Positions 1 through 14,149 of a DNA stretch of 64,000 nt are shown here, one piece after another. The DNA is from Octopus vulgaris (lineage: Eukaryota). Under the pieces are notes generated by a model, which saw nothing but the letters and a program-made list of their open reading frames with translations, did not search any database and had not been told where the DNA came from. The DNA is taken from positions 147,126,001 to 147,190,000 of the forward strand of contig OX597818.1 in the NCBI GenBank assembly GCA_951406725.2. Direction: 5' to 3'. Each line of letters begins with the position of its first letter. The stretch's first letter is position 1. A program made the translations under genes and the position numbers.

Positions 1-3000
1 AAAAATCGTATATAGTACGCACTAGGGATTATGACCTTTAAATTTGGAGGGAAAAAGCGCGGGTTATACTTGAGGATTTACGGTAATAAAACTGAGCACG
101 CAAGTAACAACTATCTATCGAAAGAGTTTACTTCCAGTCATTATAGTGTAAGAAATATTAACGCACGTGGTCGCATTGTGTATGGAATACGATCGCACGT
201 GGTCATATTCTTAACGAATTATTACAAGCCATAAATACAATGTAGTACCAAAAGAACATAGGTGAATTGACGACAAAGCTGTTTCACTGTTTGAGAGAAG
301 ATAAGATTTTATTTACAATTGGTGTTAATGTTAGAAGGTTGTGAGTGCTAGCAAGTGCGTGTGTGCATGCAACACGTGTTTGTGTCTGTGTGTTCGTGTG
401 TGTGACAGATACAATAAGGGTGAAAGCGTGTGACATAGTAGGTACAGAGCCTAGAGTTAATGATGGAAATTGATTTACTGTTCATGAGGTACACGAAGTG
501 TAAGAGTTCAATATCAAGATGTGTCTCGGAGCTGAGATTAGTTGAATCACTTGTGCTTATTTTTCTCTTGATATAGATATTCTTTCAGATATATATACTG
601 CAACTGTAGTAGCTCTGTGGTCAGAGGTTTAGTCCTCATAAGGACTAGAAACCAAAGATGCAAGTATACTGAAAACACTCCCTTATATACAAGTAAGGTG
701 GCTCAACAGAGCCTAGGAAATGGGACCTTAACCAAAGGCCGTGATTGGTTGGCTTTGGCCAGTGGCGCGAAATAAGTAGAGAGACAGACCGCGCTTAGAT
801 GCCAACCAATCAAAATAGTGGACACAACAACGTTAAACTAGCCAAAGATGTTTGTAATCTCAAACGAGATCATTCTTAATATTTCTCTCAAACGGTGAAG
901 ATAGCAACGAAGAAAACAATATTGCTACAATAGTTAAGTCGGGGCTTGTATACTTGTAGCGCCCTTCAGTCAAAGTATCTCACGATTGTAGAGGGTTCTA
1001 ACTAATGCAATGATTCTTAAACTCACCAATACCAAACTTCCTCAAAAGTATTAGTGCGGTTTTTAACCCTCCATCCCCCCTTTATTAATGAGAAGACATA
1101 ATAGTTTGCATCCATATAATTCTTGGTTTTTTCTTTGTAATTCTTGTTTATTGGGGGTGCTGCTTTTTTGTTTTTTGTTGTTTTTTTGGGGGGGGAGGGC
1201 GTCTTAATACAAATTATTAAAAGTTGCAGGCATTTAAAGTTATGCAATTTTAGCCAACTGAACGCTTCCATTACCCACATAACGGAAGCTGCAACTATTT
1301 GTTGTTGTGGTCACTCCCGTTTATGGTTGTGTCCGTGAGAAAAGGCACATCGCTGGACGGGAGTACTCTTTCTCTTAGCAGTTTGATTTTGCTTTTACAT
1401 TACTGGGTGAAAAAGCTGACTACTGCTAGGTTTTGTATGGTGGAATTAGGTATTTGTGGACCTACAGCTGTTGATTATAAAAATTGTGATCTATTTGAAA
1501 AAAAACTGTTGGCATGTATAAAATAATCTCGTTAGTGTTGGAAAAATTAAATTTGAAATACTTTTAAGTGGTTGGAAGAAAATTTAGATCTCGTACTAGT
1601 AGTTATTGCCAAGTCACAAAAATTCTGATTAAAATAGATGTTCTAACTTTGACCATTCCCGTCTTTTTCCGAATCTAGAACATTGTCCTAACTGTCCTTT
1701 CTGTTTTAAGAGGGTAGGGTACAGTTGAGGAGATTTGACTGCTATTTCTAGCAGATTGAGGGCGAGTAGAGGCTCCCTTTGGTTCGATAAAATTCGAGTA
1801 AAGAAGTGAAAGCAATTGAGTCAGCTATACTTGCACGCCACACCACCGAGCAAATTAGGGGTGTTTATATTTCTGTTATGTTTTCAATGCCGAACTCAAC
1901 AGCAACAATAACGGGGTCAATCAAAGAAATTATAACAAACCCTCTCGATTTAACGGTGAACAGCGACTTGTCACTAAACTCCGCCCACTTTCCAAACGTA
2001 TGCGCGTGTGCGTAAGCTTAAAACATTTTGCTGTCGACAGACACATCACTACAATTTTCGGCACCTTTATTTGATCCAGTGTAGCTATAATTTCGACACG
2101 GCCAAGCGGTCCTTAGATCTTTGAAATAATGGCTACACTGTAACGAACAAACCAGCACATATATACACATCAACTTACTAACATTCATACCCATAAATCG
2201 GCTACTCAGACCTAGGCTTCTTCACGCAATTTGTGCGTGGGGTGTGTGTGTGTGTTTTGAAATTTTCATCCATAATTGAAAACAAAAATATTCTCTCTCT
2301 CTTTCTCTCACGCTCTCTCTAATAAACAAAGAAAAATGATTAGAAATATTTAATATCCTATATACAATTACATAGTTTGAGTGAATTAAATGAGAAAGTT
2401 TATTTAAAATAGATTTGTGAGGTTAGTCCAAAGATCTTTGGTGTGTTCAGTATTAATAAACACAACACTGATGGGAGTTTGGGTTTATGTGAATGACGAA
2501 TAGAGAATTTATTATATATAGGAGGGTGCGTTAGTGGATAGATTTGACTTGGCTATTTCATACATGTAACAACGACATTTATGCCTAATGAAAGAACTGA
2601 GAAAGTTATCTCAAACTCTGATCCAAATTATCCAAGTACTGGAACACCAAGACGGGCTTTCAAAGGTTTTCGTTTACACAATTTCATTGACAAGAATTAG
2701 GTTCGCTCGTGACTCTAGTAGAAAACAATTATCTAAAGTGCCGCGCTGTAGGGTCAAACCTAAATCAATCGCGAAGCTAACTTCTTAACCACACAGCCAT
2801 CTGTTGAATTTGAACTTGAAATCTTGCTAATATTTAGAACGTATATAAATAAGCGACATGACTAAAATAAAATCAATTCTGAAATTGCGTTGCAGTATTT
2901 AGCTGGCCAGAAATTCATCGAATCTTCCACAGAAGTTTTTTTCTTTTTTCCACAACTTAGAAATAAACAATGAATTGTTAATAGACTGTTTTAAAAAGCT

Positions 3001-3858
3001 TCTCGCGATTAGTCCCATTCATAGGACTCAGAAGACATGACAAATCTAGAATCATGTTATGTCATGTTTTAATGGGTCGTGTTGAGTGATGATAATAGCA
3101 AACTGGCAACCCAGCCTTATGTCACAGCTATATCGTTGAGGTACACGTTTATTTCCAGGTTGGTTGGGATATGATATTTTATAAAGATGCTCTAATATCT
3201 ATCGTCTAAGTATCTTTTATATTTCTAGAAGCAGGAACCGTCTTGGTTGGAACAGGTAAAGTCCTATAAAAGACCGTATATATTTTTTTTTTTTGTATTG
3301 ATGACACTATGAGTCTCATCATTTATTTTACTTCCATTATTATTGAATATTTTTGCTAAAGAATAATTGGAACTTTCCCGGTCCTTTAGTTATTAATTAT
3401 TAATAATTAGTGTTAAAGCTAAATTTTAAAAAATAATGCTAAGGAGATAATGCAAAGGAGATTAGAAAATTGGATGTCAGTGTTGGATGCATCACCGTTT
3501 TTACGTCCGCTTTTACCATGCTTGTATGGGTTGGATGAGACCTTATTGAGACAGTAATCTATCGCTAACCCTGACCATATTTTACCTATTTTGGTAAGAC
3601 TTCCGCCTGTCACCCCCACCACCCCACCAAAAAAAACACCCTTTTTTAAAATTAAATTTTTTTTTTAAACCCCCCCCCCCCTTTTCGGCTACGGGCAATA
3701 CAAATCTGCAAAAAAATTTGGCAAAAATCTGCATTTTTAAACTACCACCTCCACCCCTATTTCCTTCATTTTTTTCACTTTTTTCAGAATTAAAAAAAAA
3801 AATATGCGGAAAAATACGGAAAATATGATTCTGAAAAAAAAAATTCCAAAAATGCCGA

Positions 3859-4464
3859 GGATCTTTACCTTTTGACCGACAGATTTAAAAAATAATTTTT
3901 TGTAACTAAACACTTTCAAACTTCGGACACTGGTAGAATGTGTCATATAAAACATTTTTTACTCTTAGCATTTTTGAGAAAAACTTATATTTACGAAGTT
4001 ATTTCACGTTAAAGTTGTCCTATTTCGGTTATTTCAACCAATCAATGACGTGTATTCCACTGAATAAAATTACTGCTGTTGTTTGTCAACAAGAACTTCC
4101 GGCGGTGGGTTTTTCGTTTGTCACTGTTATTTATGACAACCCTAACCCTAAAACCTTAAAACCAGTACAAACGCACGAACGATGTTATAAATAACAGTGA
4201 CAAACGAAAACTACACCGCCGGAAGTTCTTGTTGACAAACAACAGCAGTAATTTTATTCAGCTGAATACACGTCGTTGATTGGTTGAAATTACCGAAATA
4301 CGACAACTTTAACGTGAAATAACTTCGTAAATACAAAAGTTTTTCTCAAAAATGCTAAGAGTAAAAGATGTTTTATATGACACAGTCTACCAGTGTCCGA
4401 AGTTTGAAAGTGTTTAGTTACAAAAAATTATTTTTTTAATCTGTCAGTCAAAAGGTGAAGATCC
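3859..4464. mobile_element. foldback/MITE-like element with ~280-bp inverted arms
   Basis: ggatctttaccttttgaccgacag... at 3859 mirrors ...ctgtcagtcaaaaggtgaagatcc at 4464. The arms are complementary up to a short loop containing aaccctaaccctaa. Confidence 0.85.
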
Positions 4465-4477
4465 ATTTTTTTTTTTT

Positions 4478-4888
4478 ACTCTTTTACTTGTTTCAGTCAT
4501 TTGACTGCGGCCATGCTGGAGCACCACCTTTAGTTGAACAAATCAACCCCAGGACTTATTCTTTGTAAGCCTAGTAGTTATTTTATCGGTCTCTTTTGCC
4601 GAACCGCTAAGTTACGGGGACGTAAACACACCAGCATTGGTTGTCGAGCGATGTTGGGGGGAAAAACACAGACACAAACTTATACACACACACACATATA
4701 TATATATATATGTATATTATATATATGTATATTATATATATATATATACATAAATACAATAGGCTTCTTTCAATTTCTGTCTACCAAATCCACTCATAAG
4801 GCTTTGGTCGGCCCGAGATGCCACGCAGTGGGACTGAACCCAGAACCATGTGGTTGGTAAGCAAACTTCTTACCACTCAGCCACTCCT
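4478..4888 (-). mobile_element. tRNA-derived SINE (family 1)
   Basis: Reverse complement of a head with A box (TGGCTGAGTGG) and B box (GGTTCAGTCCC), an internal (CA)/(TA) tract and the shared tail aaatgactgaaacaagtaaaagag. Multiple copies in the window. Confidence 0.85.
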
Positions 4889-5792
4889 AAGAATTTTTTT
4901 TTTTTTTTTTTTTCCTAAATATGCAGAAAAATACAGACATTATGATTCAGACAAAAATTTCAAAACATTTCTGTAGGTACAGTTAAGGTTAGTGTTGGGG
5001 GTAAAAAAGTCAAAATTGAAGAATTTGGGTGGGAAAGGGGGGAAAAAATTGACAATGCCAATTTGGGGCAATTTTCCCGAATCTGTGTATCTGAAAACGG
5101 GGTGGTTTGGGCAAAAAAAATTTTTTTTAATAAACAAATTTGGGAGAAAAGAGTGGGGGGGGTCGGAAATCTTTCCCAGATTTTCAAGTAAAAAATACTT
5201 TCAGTGTGTGTCGTAATGCTTCCTAATCTCAATTGTTTATTTTATATTTAATCGTTAACATAAAACAGTTTTATCTATTAATGCTTAATTATCAATTAAA
5301 AAATAAAGGACCAGCAAATGTCTAATGACGCTTTAAAAAACAAAAGTATTCAATAATGTAAGTACAATAAATTAGGTCAGCAGTTTTGTCATGCTCATCA
5401 GTACTATCTTTAGGCATGGGCAGGCTGGGACCCTCAAGATTCTAGAGGCCCAATTCTGATCCATATATTCTGTGGCTTGCAGTTAAATACTGTAGCGTTT
5501 TGATTTACCCAGGAAACTATAATGCTGCTAAAACAGCTCTGGTGCTTATCTTAATTTCACATATTGTATCTTACACTACAATATCCCATGTGTTCTGTCC
5601 CTTTTTCTAGGATGGCAGGGATGTGTTATAAGGAAGACTGAACTACTGTTTCCAACAAGTTGAGCAAACTAATTCCATTGAAATTTCCTTATGGTGTCAA
5701 TGATGGCTATGATATTGAGTGCTGATGGTCAAGTCTGAAGATCATAAAAACAGAAATTTATCCATCGTTGCGAAGAAAAAAGGATATACAGG

Positions 5793-6048
5793 TTATAACG
5801 GGAATTTTGCGCGTTTTTTCCCCGAGCTCATCCGTGGAGTTAAGTGACTGACCACTGGTGATATGTAATGCTTTTCATTGGGACAGTACAATTTTGTGTG
5901 TGCTGTCCTACCGGTGGCTCCACAACTGGGACAGATGTATTTCTGCAGGACAGGGCATGTCACATTTCCTTTCTGATCCTTAAGGTTGTGTGTTGAATAA
6001 AATTCTTTCTGTTCACCATTCTTGCGACAGAAGACACAAGATAAATCT
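5793..6048 (-). CDS. nanos: nanos, last coding exon (tandem CCHC zinc finger)
   Basis: Translation CVFCRKNGEQKEFYSTHNLKDQKGNVTCPVLQKYICPSCGATGRTAHTKLYCP is the canonical Nanos (CCHC)2 finger. Acceptor tttttt-AG at 6050-6049, phase 2, stop at 5793. Confidence 0.95.
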
Positions 6049-6957
6049 CTAAAAAAGGTAAAAAGGAAAATAAACTCAGTTAAGACTGCAATATTTGAAG
6101 GAAATAAATAAACAACCAATGCCTTGAGAGTGAATTTGGTCAATGGAAATTTTGTGTGTGTTTGTTTCCACCCCACCCCACCCCACCACTTAATAACTGG
6201 TGTTGGTTTATTTACATCCCTGTAACTTAGAAGTTTGGCATAAGAGACTAATAGAATAAGTATCAGATTTAAAAATAAGAACTAAGTGTTGGGAGGGAGT
6301 AATCTGTCTGACTAAAACCCTTCAAAACAGTGCTCTAGAATGGCTGCAGTCCAATGACTGAAACAAGATGTAAGATAAAATCCTCAAATGTGGAAAAATA
6401 TGCATTATAATGTTTAGCCCAGTCATCTCTCATGTTAATTAAAAGGCAATTAGGCAGACTTATAATCAAAAGTATTCATAAATTGTGACCCTTCCAATTT
6501 TTTTTTTTGCAAGACAGTATGCTGTGATGAGGAAAATTTGGCTATTATTTCTAGCAGGTTGAGCAACTGCAGAGAGGCTCCCTCTCTAGCTTGATGCATT
6601 TCAATGAACTTGGTTGGTAATAAAAATTCGTTTTTAAATTAAGTTTACTCTGAAATAATTTTAGTTCACTGCCAGATATATAAATTATTTTGGATGTAGA
6701 ACTTTTACCATTCCTCTATTCCTGAACTGATATCTGTATTTTTCAGATATTTAGATTGGTGGGGGTACAATATGACTCACTTAGTACAAGGTAATGCACT
6801 AAATGAGGAGATAGGGAATTCAAAACTCAGCAAAAGTCAAAGCTTGTGAGTAATTCAATTCAATCTTGCAAAAGCTTTCACTTTTACTGCAGGTGGAGTT
6901 GCCATCTATAGCATTGCTTTCAAAAAAAGCTGTTTGAACTCTAATTTGGTTCGGCAA

Positions 6958-7040
6958 TTTCTTTCTTTCTTTCTTTCTTTCTTTCTCTCTCTCCCCATCT
7001 CCCTCTCCATCTCTCTCTCTCTCTCTCCCCCCATCTCCCC

Positions 7041-7072
<32 letters not shown>

Positions 7073-7110
7073 CCTCTCTCTCTCTCTCTCCCTCTCTCTC
7101 TCTCTCTCTT
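6958..7110. repeat. (CTTT)n/(CT)n microsatellite
   Basis: Direct reading. Confidence 0.9.
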
Positions 7111-8208
7111 ATTCTGCAGCAAGAGAGCAGTGATAAAATAAGTGTTTATGTTCTTCCAGGAATAAAAAGAAACAAGGGAAGTGATGTTACTACACCCAGG
7201 GTTGATTACTAATACCAATCAACATCACTCATTATGATATATAATTTAGGAAACAACATCTGTGGATTGACCAAATAAATCATTAGAACATTTACCATAG
7301 GAACATTGGACAAAAATGCTTTGTGATATCTGTTCCAGCCCTAAAGGCTGCAAGCTGACTGAATAGTTAGCACACCAGGCAAAATGCTTAGTAGCATTTC
7401 ATCTGTCCTTACATCCTGAGTTCAAATCCTGCCAGGGTCAACTTTACCTTTCATCCTTTGAAGTCCATAAAATATGTACCAATCGAACACTGGGGTCGAT
7501 GTAATTGATTTAGCCCCTCTCTTGAAATTGCTGGCCTTGTGCCAAAATTTGGAACTTATATTTGTTCTAGCACTATCCACCAAGGTCAATTTTCCCTTTC
7601 ATCCCTCTGAGGTCAATAAAATTAAGCACTAGTCAAATGTTGCAGTTAATGATATCGATTAAGCCCCTCCCTTCCAAACTGTACTCATGATTAAAAGATC
7701 ATGGTTTTGATTCCCAGACCAGCAGTGCATTGAGTTCTTGAGCAAAATACTTCACTTCACATTGCTCCAGTTCACTCAGCTGTAAATGGGTAACCCTGCA
7801 ACAGACTGGTATTCTATTCAAGGGAATGTGGGCTTCCCCACCTAACTGGCAGGGGTGGCATCATTTGAAAGCTACAATGCAAGGAAGTGCTTCATGACCA
7901 TTAGTGAATAACAACATCCAATTTTTTAGTCAATACTGTGATACAGTGATCATTAATAATAATTGTTTGATGTGTTACATCACTATGTATTTGCATTCAC
8001 TTATACAACATTCCTATTTCTCTCTAGAATTTTTTCTTTAGGTAAAATTGCCATGAGAGAAATGAAAGAATTGCAAGTGATTTTTGTGTCATCCTACTAA
8101 ATTGGATGAATAAAATCAAATGTTTTCATTATTTTAGCCCCAGTATATCTTATATCTTCCTGGGTTTACAGAAAAAAAATTAGAAAAAATGTTTATTAAA
8201 TAATTTAC

Positions 8209-8462
8209 CTTAATTTGTATGGTTCATTGGATGCCTGATTACGAAATTTATTCTTTTTGTTCTTAATACTATCACCATCATCATGGCAATCATTATCATG
8301 CTGATCATCACCATCACTGACATCATGCTTACTGTGTCTCTCTTGAAAAATATTCTTTATTTTGGACTCTTCTGAAGGGCTTGGTTTCTTAAACTTGATG
8401 TCAACATCAACAAGTAATTTTTCAGACAACAAATACTGCCTGGACTCAAATTTCATTTCTCT
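8209..8462 (-). CDS. nanos: nanos internal coding exon (REMKFES...EPYKLR)
   Basis: Polypyrimidine-CAG acceptor at 8465-8463 and AG|GTAAAT donor at 8208. 254 nt open. The phase-2 end joins the zinc-finger exon in frame (AG|A = R). Confidence 0.8.
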
Positions 8463-8779
8463 CTGATAATAAGAGAAACACAAACAAAACATCAGTTTTA
8501 TGCAATTATGTAGATTGAAATGTTCAAATTCCTGTTCACCAGACATAATAATACTTCTGAGCTTATTCTATACAGATTCACTACAACTTATCAGAAAAGG
8601 TTAAAAAAGGAGACAAGGAGCAGGTATAGAATTCAAGTAAAGAAAGACTGCTATAAAAACTAGAAGTATATGCACAGTACACAGTGTACACACAGTACAC
8701 AGTGTACACACAGTACACAGTGTACACACAGTACACAATAAAACACAGAAATAGAGGAAAGTGAACATTAAAAGAGTCA

Positions 8780-10080
8780 TAAAAAGCAAGGATAACTAGG
8801 CATATCATGAATGAGTAGTGTTGGTGAATTCTGGAAAGCTAAGAGTTTAAAAGGATATAGTGCCCTAACAGTTAACAATAGATGTAGGGAGTCCATAGTT
8901 CAACAATTCTGAACATGAAAGAAATGTTTCCAAAAGTCATGGGTGCTGGACTGTGCTTTGATTTTATAAGCATGCCTGTGGGTGGTACGATGTATTGAAT
9001 TCAAAAAGGTGGTCGAAGTTGTTGGAAAGAGGATCATTAATCATTAAAAGCAAACTTTTATGTATCAATGCCTGATCCCTGGAGAAGATATGTTTAATGA
9101 CTGACAGAGGGTGTTTGTCTGGTTACATGTCTCTGGACAGGTTCCAGCAGATCAATATGCTGGAGAAGATAGGGATTCTAGACAGGAGATGCAAAGATGT
9201 GAAAAAAACCATACAGAGCTTTAAATAGCTGGTGAGTGACAAAGGTCTAAATGAGTCATGCACCTTCAGTCTTTTCCATGATTTTAGAAATGTGGTTCAT
9301 TCAATGCAGATTATTATTGACAATAAATCTTAAGTCATGTTCACCAGCAGACTTCTTAAGGTTGGTTATGTGGAGGGAGGAAATAAATTCTGGGTTTTTT
9401 TCTCCTTAAATGTATAGTGGCGTACTTGTCTACAGCCAGTTTGAGCTATCAGTTAGCAGCCCATTGCTGCATTGAGTTCAGGTCAGATTGCAGAAAAGGT
9501 CTGTAGCATACAAGATCCGTTCTTTTTATTGCAAGCAATAGTGTAATGTCTGCATTTCAACACAGTAACATGCTTCATCATCATCATTGGCATATATTTC
9601 ATTATTGTATGCAACAAATAAGAGAACCTAGAACAGATCTCAGCAGGATACCAGATGTCATTTCGGAATGTGCAGTATGTTGTCCTAGTACAATGACTAC
9701 ATTTTTTTGACTGACAATGAAGGACATCAACCAATTAGCCTCCACACCCATAGCAAAAAGCTTCGCCATTAGTCATTTATGCAGTATAAGATTCTAGGCT
9801 TTGGCATAGTCAAGATTGATAGCATCATCTATGAACCACTATCTGTAACTCAGATAGAATCTTCAAGAAATTTGACGAAATGGTTACAGTAGCTGGAGTT
9901 AGTGAAAAACAAAACTGTGAGTGTTGAATAAGGTTATAAGAAGTCCAGAAGTTCCCGAGTGTCTCTGACATAAAACTCCCATCAGTTTGACAATACATTG
10001 AGACAGACGTGAATGGTAATTGACAGCTGATATGCCATTATCCTTTCTGAATAGAAGAATAATGCTGAGAAGAGATAGTT
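8780..10080 (-). pseudogene. decayed LINE reverse transcriptase remnant (CR1/L2-like)
   Basis: Minus-strand peptide remnants such as DAINLDYAKA (RT 'D.SKAFD' region), with many stops. Confidence 0.45.
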
Positions 10081-11183
10081 ACACCCTATCTTGCTTTTTC
10101 AATTCCTATCAACAAAAACATTCCACTTATGAGCAACCTGAACCTGAACCAAACTTTAAGCCTTTAGTGTTCAGATTACTCTGTCAAATGTAATACAGTC
10201 TTAGTCCAACTGTTTTGAATTAATCATGCTTTATCTCATAGCATTAAGATTTCAATGATGTGATTGTTAACTTTCACTATGACATTGTAAGGTAGATGTG
10301 AGAGGCCAGATCTGACCAGTCTGAACATAAAACAGGGAGAATATTTAGGCCAGATATGGCTGGTTTAAATATTAAAGGGTTAAACTCAACTCTAACTTTA
10401 AACCCTAACTGAACACAAGAATTCAGTCAATAATGAATTAATGACTGAATATTCCCATTCTCATGGCTGAGGATTGGGAAGTCTCAGACACAACTGTCAT
10501 TTCATTGCATCTTTAGGCCATAAATTCTCTTCCAACCCAATTTATTCTAGGGGTTAACTCCCTCAGTTACAAGCAGAGTTTTAAGCTTGGTATAATCATT
10601 GTCTTAGTCTGGCTGCTTTCTAGGACTGCTGAGCCCAGGCAGCTTGCCCAGTTCTACTGCCAGTTTTCTACTCACCCAATTCTACTGCCAACACAGTAGT
10701 GCCTTCTCCTAGATACATGTTAAAACAAAAACTATGGTGTACCTTACTCCCAGTGATCTTACAGTGATCAGAACACAAACTCAGAATTCCTAAGTTCCTG
10801 TGCTATTGCTAGACAGTCAATGACCTTACACTGGATTCATTAGTATTTTGGCAGATACTGGGTAGGGGGTTCCTGCTGGTTTCTAACAACTTTCCTCACC
10901 AAGCAAGCTTGGTGGTGGCTAACTGTTGATATGTATTGTAAACTGTAGTAAATTTTATTGAATCAGACTGCCAAATACTCTGAAAAATTTCTGTTTCAGA
11001 TTTAAAGTCTGAAGGACACAACAGATAATGTAGTCCCAAGATAAATTCTCCCTAAAAAAAAGAGAGAATGATTATGGAGGAATTTCTTCAACCATATGTC
11101 TGTCTGCCTAATCAAGGGTGATGTTGGTATAAATGCCAGCAACCTATTCTTGATGTAAAATATGAAAATCAAGATGTACTTAC

Positions 11184-11226
11184 TCGTTTAATGCTGGTAA
11201 ACGGTAATGCTGGTGATAGACAAGAG
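11184..11226 (-). CDS. nanos: nanos small internal coding exon (SCLSPALPFTSIKR)
   Basis: tttacag acceptor and gtaagt donor. 43 nt, phase 2 in and phase 0 out, exactly bridging exon 1 and the 8462 exon. Confidence 0.65.
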
Positions 11227-13082
11227 CTGTAAATAGATAGATAAGTACACCTTATATACAATAGTATATATAACAATGTATGCATTGTTGATGCTCTTCA
11301 ATTTTTTCCCCTCAAGCATCAAGATTTTGGATCATGCATGGAAAAAATCACAGGAAAAACTTACAGAAAAATTCACAGGAAAATTTCAATAAATGACTTG
11401 ATTTTTATGCTTTTTCTTATTTAGAATTAAAACAAGTTTTGTTTCTTTCTGCCCTCTGAGTAGTGTTTATGTTATGTGTATGTATGCACAATAGACATAC
11501 AGTAACAAGGACACAGCACTGTAGATATCACAAATGGTGATGAAAGGATTCTGGCAAACTGTCTGCTTGATTGAACAAGAAATTAGTCAACCAAATGAAC
11601 TGAGTGATTAAAAAAATAATGATAAAAAGTAAAATAAAACCAATGCCTGCGTTTTATTGGCAAAATTATTCTCCATAAGGTATATCTGTTTCAGTATGAT
11701 TTCACACTAAGAATCTTGTAAAACAAATGCAGAAACTACACACACACACATGCATGCATGCACGCACACATGCACACCAGTATAGATAGATATTTAATAA
11801 CATAGATGAATAAGACAAAAAAAATCATAAAATTGCCTGTGGCTCTTACAATTAGGACTTACATTAAGTAGCTATAATATGCTAAAAATCTATCAACAGG
11901 CATCTGAGTCCACACAGTATTCAGAGTATGGTGTTATATATTTCATAGTATAAGACAAAAAACAGTACTGAATCCCATACAGCTGTGGGGATTCGAACAT
12001 CATGTCTACTCTAAACTGTACAGCTGTACTAATCACTGTATGTTTTTATACGTATTTACTACATTGTCCCAAATGACACTTTTAATGTGAGATGGTATGG
12101 CGTGGTTTGAGGGAAATTTGACTACTTATATTAGATTAAGTTAAGGTGGTTTTTGTTCATTTGGATATGAATTATATAAGGTGGCTTTCAAGCAAATTCT
12201 GCTTTGTCCCCTTCATCAATTTTGTATTTATTGTCTTCCGTTTTTGGCCAATGTTGTGAATGTGGATTGTAACCAAAGTATCAATTTCTGTGTTTGAAAG
12301 TAAATGCTGAAATCCATCAATTTCACCCAATTCTACTAAGCACAGTCTATTTATGTGACAAACTGACCAAACTATATTACCAGATGTAATATTTTGTAGA
12401 ATTATTGGCAGCAAGCTATGACCTGTTCCACATGTTACTGACAAATACCCTGCAAGATAGGCTGCAATGGACCAACAATCTGCTGTACATAGTTATGATG
12501 ATAGTCAACAATGGTGTCACATTTGCATTCAGTTTAACTGATCAACTGGTAAACCTTCTATGAATGTTTAGTCTCCAAGAACTTTTCATTGATTGTGTTT
12601 CTTCTCTCCGTGCATAAGCTCATGATCAATCTGAAATATAAAAGACTATGCATTTGGAGACCAACAGGTATTGATCTAATCATATCAAATTATTCTTGAT
12701 AATGTGGAACCCAGTTTGTCAGGCATTCAATGAAAATAACAAATATTCACCACTGCTTCTCTATTTAAGTATTTATTGAACCAGTGCCACATAATTTGCT
12801 GTAATTATATTCACAGAGGCTTTTCAGCTGGCTTTGCTTTGTGCAAGTCTTCAGGAAAGAGATAGACTCATTTTTTGTGAGTTCCCCAGCACAATACCAA
12901 TACCTTGTCAAAAGTTTGTTAAAGTGCGTCTATTAATGAACTTTGTTCAGATGAGCATCAAACTGTCAATCGTGACATTTTGTTACTCCTGTGACTGGAT
13001 CACAGACACAAAAAACATTGAGCAAAATTCCAGTCCTTCTGTGAATTAGTTGCTGGGAAAGCTCTTTTAAATTTTTCTTATA

Positions 13083-13478
13083 GGTGCAGGAGTGGCTGTG
13101 GTAAGTAGCTTAGCAACTACATGGTTCCAGGTTCATTCCCACTGCATGGCACCTTGGGCAAATGTCTTTTACTATAGCCTTGGGCCAACCAAAGCTTTGT
13201 GAGTGGATTTGATAGATGGAAACTGAAAGAAGCCCATTATATATATGTATATATATATATGTGTGTGTGTATATGTCTGTGTATCCGTGTTTGTCCCCCC
13301 AACATCACTTGACAACCAATGGTAGTGTGTTTACGTCCATGTAACTTAGCGGTTTAGCAAAAGATCGATAGAATAAGTTCTAGGCTTCCAAAAGAATAAG
13401 TCCTGGGGTTGATTTACTTGACTAATGGCGGTGCTCCAGCATGGCTGCAGTCAAATGACTGAAACAAGTAAAAGAGTA
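13083..13478 (+). mobile_element. tRNA-derived SINE (family 1)
   Basis: ggtgcaggagtggctgtggtaag...ggttcattccc head. Same body and tail as the other copies. Confidence 0.85.
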
Positions 13479-14149
13479 GGTTTAGTTTAAAATTTATTAC
13501 TTAATAAATATTATTTAATTTTTGAAGAATTCAGAAATGTTATTTACTATCATGAATGAAATCTGCTGATTTTGTTGTCAGATGCAATAATTGACAAAAA
13601 TATATTTAAAGTGATGAAAGCATAAAATACATCGATGTAAATTGATTGGAAGCAGAAACCAAAAAATTAATGACTTGTCATGAGGAGACTTATCAATGCC
13701 TGAACTTGTTATGAACAATGTATATTGACAATCAAACATTGTAAAGAATGGAAACTTTGCTGTTTTTATTGATTTACTATTCCCAAATCTACACAGAATG
13801 GAACGGGCATGCTGTTTATGACGTGGCACTTTAAGACTTTCAGACAATAAATGAATGACTCAATGTCCATCAGAGCTTTTCCATAAAATACTGAAAGAAT
13901 TTGACGCATTTTTGAAATGGTGAAAGGAAAAAGTCACAGGCAAAAAAAAATCAGAATTTTAACCAAGAAAAAACATCAACATATTTCAAATAAATAACAT
14001 AAATAATAGTTACAAGAATTAACAGAATTATGCTGCCATTGTAGTTTCTTTTCTTAGAATGAAAATTGTTCCATACTTACTTTGTTTTTCTGTAAATCCT
14101 TTCATTATAGTAAAATTAATATTCTTGTTAAAAATAAATTATTATTAAA

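Noticed and set aside
300-870. Possible solo LTR
   Set aside because: LTR-like composition, but no second copy, TSD or PBS that I can verify.
12172-13900. Short ORFs as additional nanos exons
   Set aside because: In-frame stops after the candidate acceptors and no matching donors or phases.
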